From NCBI GenBank assembly GCA_963675595.2, contig CAXXLZ010000002.1, forward strand, positions 768,001 through 832,000: a stretch of DNA of 64,000 bases, read 5' to 3'. The notes below the pieces were generated by a model. It saw nothing but the letters and a program-made list of their open reading frames with translations, made no database searches and was not told the origin of the DNA. Positions 62,986-64,000 of this stretch are shown here, piece after piece (positions within the stretch are counted from its first letter, which is position 1; each line of letters starts with the position of its first letter). The translations under genes and the position numbers were made by a program. This DNA comes from Thermodesulfobacteriota bacterium. Its GTDB lineage: Bacteria > Desulfobacterota > Desulfarculia > JACQYL01.

Positions 62986-63045
62986 CTCGTAAAGACCCGT
63001 GGGCTTTCCGTCCCCAACTCGCGATGGGTTTGGCTTTTTCTAGCA
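62966..63045 (-). ncRNA. GEMM-I (c-di-GMP-I family) riboswitch
   Basis: Minus strand AAAAAGCCAAACCCATC-GCGA-GTTGGGGACGGAAAGCCCACGGGTCTTTACGAGACGGCCGGGTTGCC. Confidence 0.9.
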
Positions 63046-63056
63046 AATTTATTGTA

Positions 63057-63072
63057 TACAAATAGCGTGCCA
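63057..63072 (-). promoter_or_regulatory. Sigma54 promoter upstream of riboswitch 2
   Basis: Minus strand TGGCACGCTATTTGTA (variant -12 TTGT); predicted start site coincides with the aptamer 5' end. Confidence 0.7.
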
Positions 63073-63439
63073 TAGCACAACAATATCTATGGCTGTTATT
63101 TCAATTAGTTAGATTGCCACAGCTCTATCAAAAAGGATAAAAAACCGGAAATCGGGTCCCGGATACGGAATTTGTCGGGAACCAATTCCATACACGCCCC
63201 AAAATCCGGAGGCCCCGGTTTCGCCTGCGCGCGCCTTCCGTCGCCGACTCCGAAAGGTTGAAGAGATTGATTTAAGCTCGGTATCGGGCTAAGAACAGCC
63301 GAGTCGATCTGCAGTCAAGGATATTCGCTATTAGACGGGGCGTGGGCCGAATCTCACATCGGATGGAAGAGCGTGGCGGTTCCGTTCCGCCGATGGCATC
63401 CCCCGGGTGCGTGCACGGCCCTCGATGGAGGGGACGACG

Positions 63440-63871
63440 ATGGTTTACGACGACGTAAAGAACAGGATCATCCGAATCGCCAATGAGTATCGGAAGATCA
63501 AAGATGCTTTCGGAATGTTTATGAACCACGTCCACGAAATCATCCATGAGGAAGAGATCGGGTTGTCCATCGTGGGGGAGACCGACAACTCCCTTCAACT
63601 CAAATATCTGGACGTGGACGTCTCTTTCGAGCTGTCCATGATCTTGGTCGACAAGGAGATTCCCTACGGACTCGTAGGCATGCTTCGAGCGCCGGAGAAC
63701 CCGTCCGCCGCACCCGCGATCGTAAAACAATTTTACATCGGACCCTCGGGCAATATGAAATGGGAGGTCGGTGATGCGGTCCCGTTCACCAATATTACCC
63801 ATAAGGAAGGGGGATATCGTTTGCTGCTATTCCTCCTGAATCGCTTTCTCGACTCGGGCGAATTCCACTGA
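63440..63871 (+). CDS. Hypothetical protein
   Basis: GGAGG RBS before ATG 63440; 143 aa with protein-like composition; no family recognised. Confidence 0.6.
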   Translation: MVYDDVKNRIIRIANEYRKIKDAFGMFMNHVHEIIHEEEIGLSIVGETDNSLQLKYLDVDVSFELSMILVDKEIPYGLVGMLRAPENPSAAPAIVKQFYIGPSGNMKWEVGDAVPFTNITHKEGGYRLLLFLLNRFLDSGEFH

Positions 63872-64000
63872 GGATCCTTCCGTTTCCGACCGGCTTTTCG
63901 AGACCGGTTCGAAGCGATGGACGGAATCGGCATCTTCATCCGACAGGGCGCGATAGGTAAACACGATACGTCGGATGATGGTCACGGTTTGAAAGAGGCA

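Overview
GC-rich bacterial chromosome window. Gene content suggests a Desulfobacterota/Syntrophobacteria-like deltaproteobacterium (inference). Left 13.4 kb: a flagellar cluster (fliK-like, flhB-C-like, an inverted extra flgE-type gene, flgF-G-A-H, flgI-J, flgM) with readable sigma54 and sigma28 promoters. Three co-oriented lipoprotein genes built from Ig-like repeats (about 1, 5 and 8 domains) sit between flgH and flgI, which are normally adjacent; this is the best candidate for an undescribed system, possibly an accessory motor or outer-membrane scaffold. Middle: a large secreted propeller/Ig protein with a dockerin-like module, DUF523, purM, DUF1207, a sigma28-driven pair of miniature rod-like proteins, bioB, an IS3 element that truncates a response regulator, abfD, two hybrid kinases, an MCP with an apparently extracytoplasmic CZB domain, a LamG protein, AlkD-like, hydrolase and thioesterase genes, a decayed CSLREA gene and a GldA/FG/DUF4340 module. 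Right: a Liv-type ABC/acyl-CoA ligase operon and two convergent VPLPA-CTERM surface-protein genes, each preceded by a GEMM-I cyclic-dinucleotide riboswitch overlapping a terminator. No rRNA, tRNA or CRISPR array was seen. All calls are by-eye motif recognition; no searches were run.
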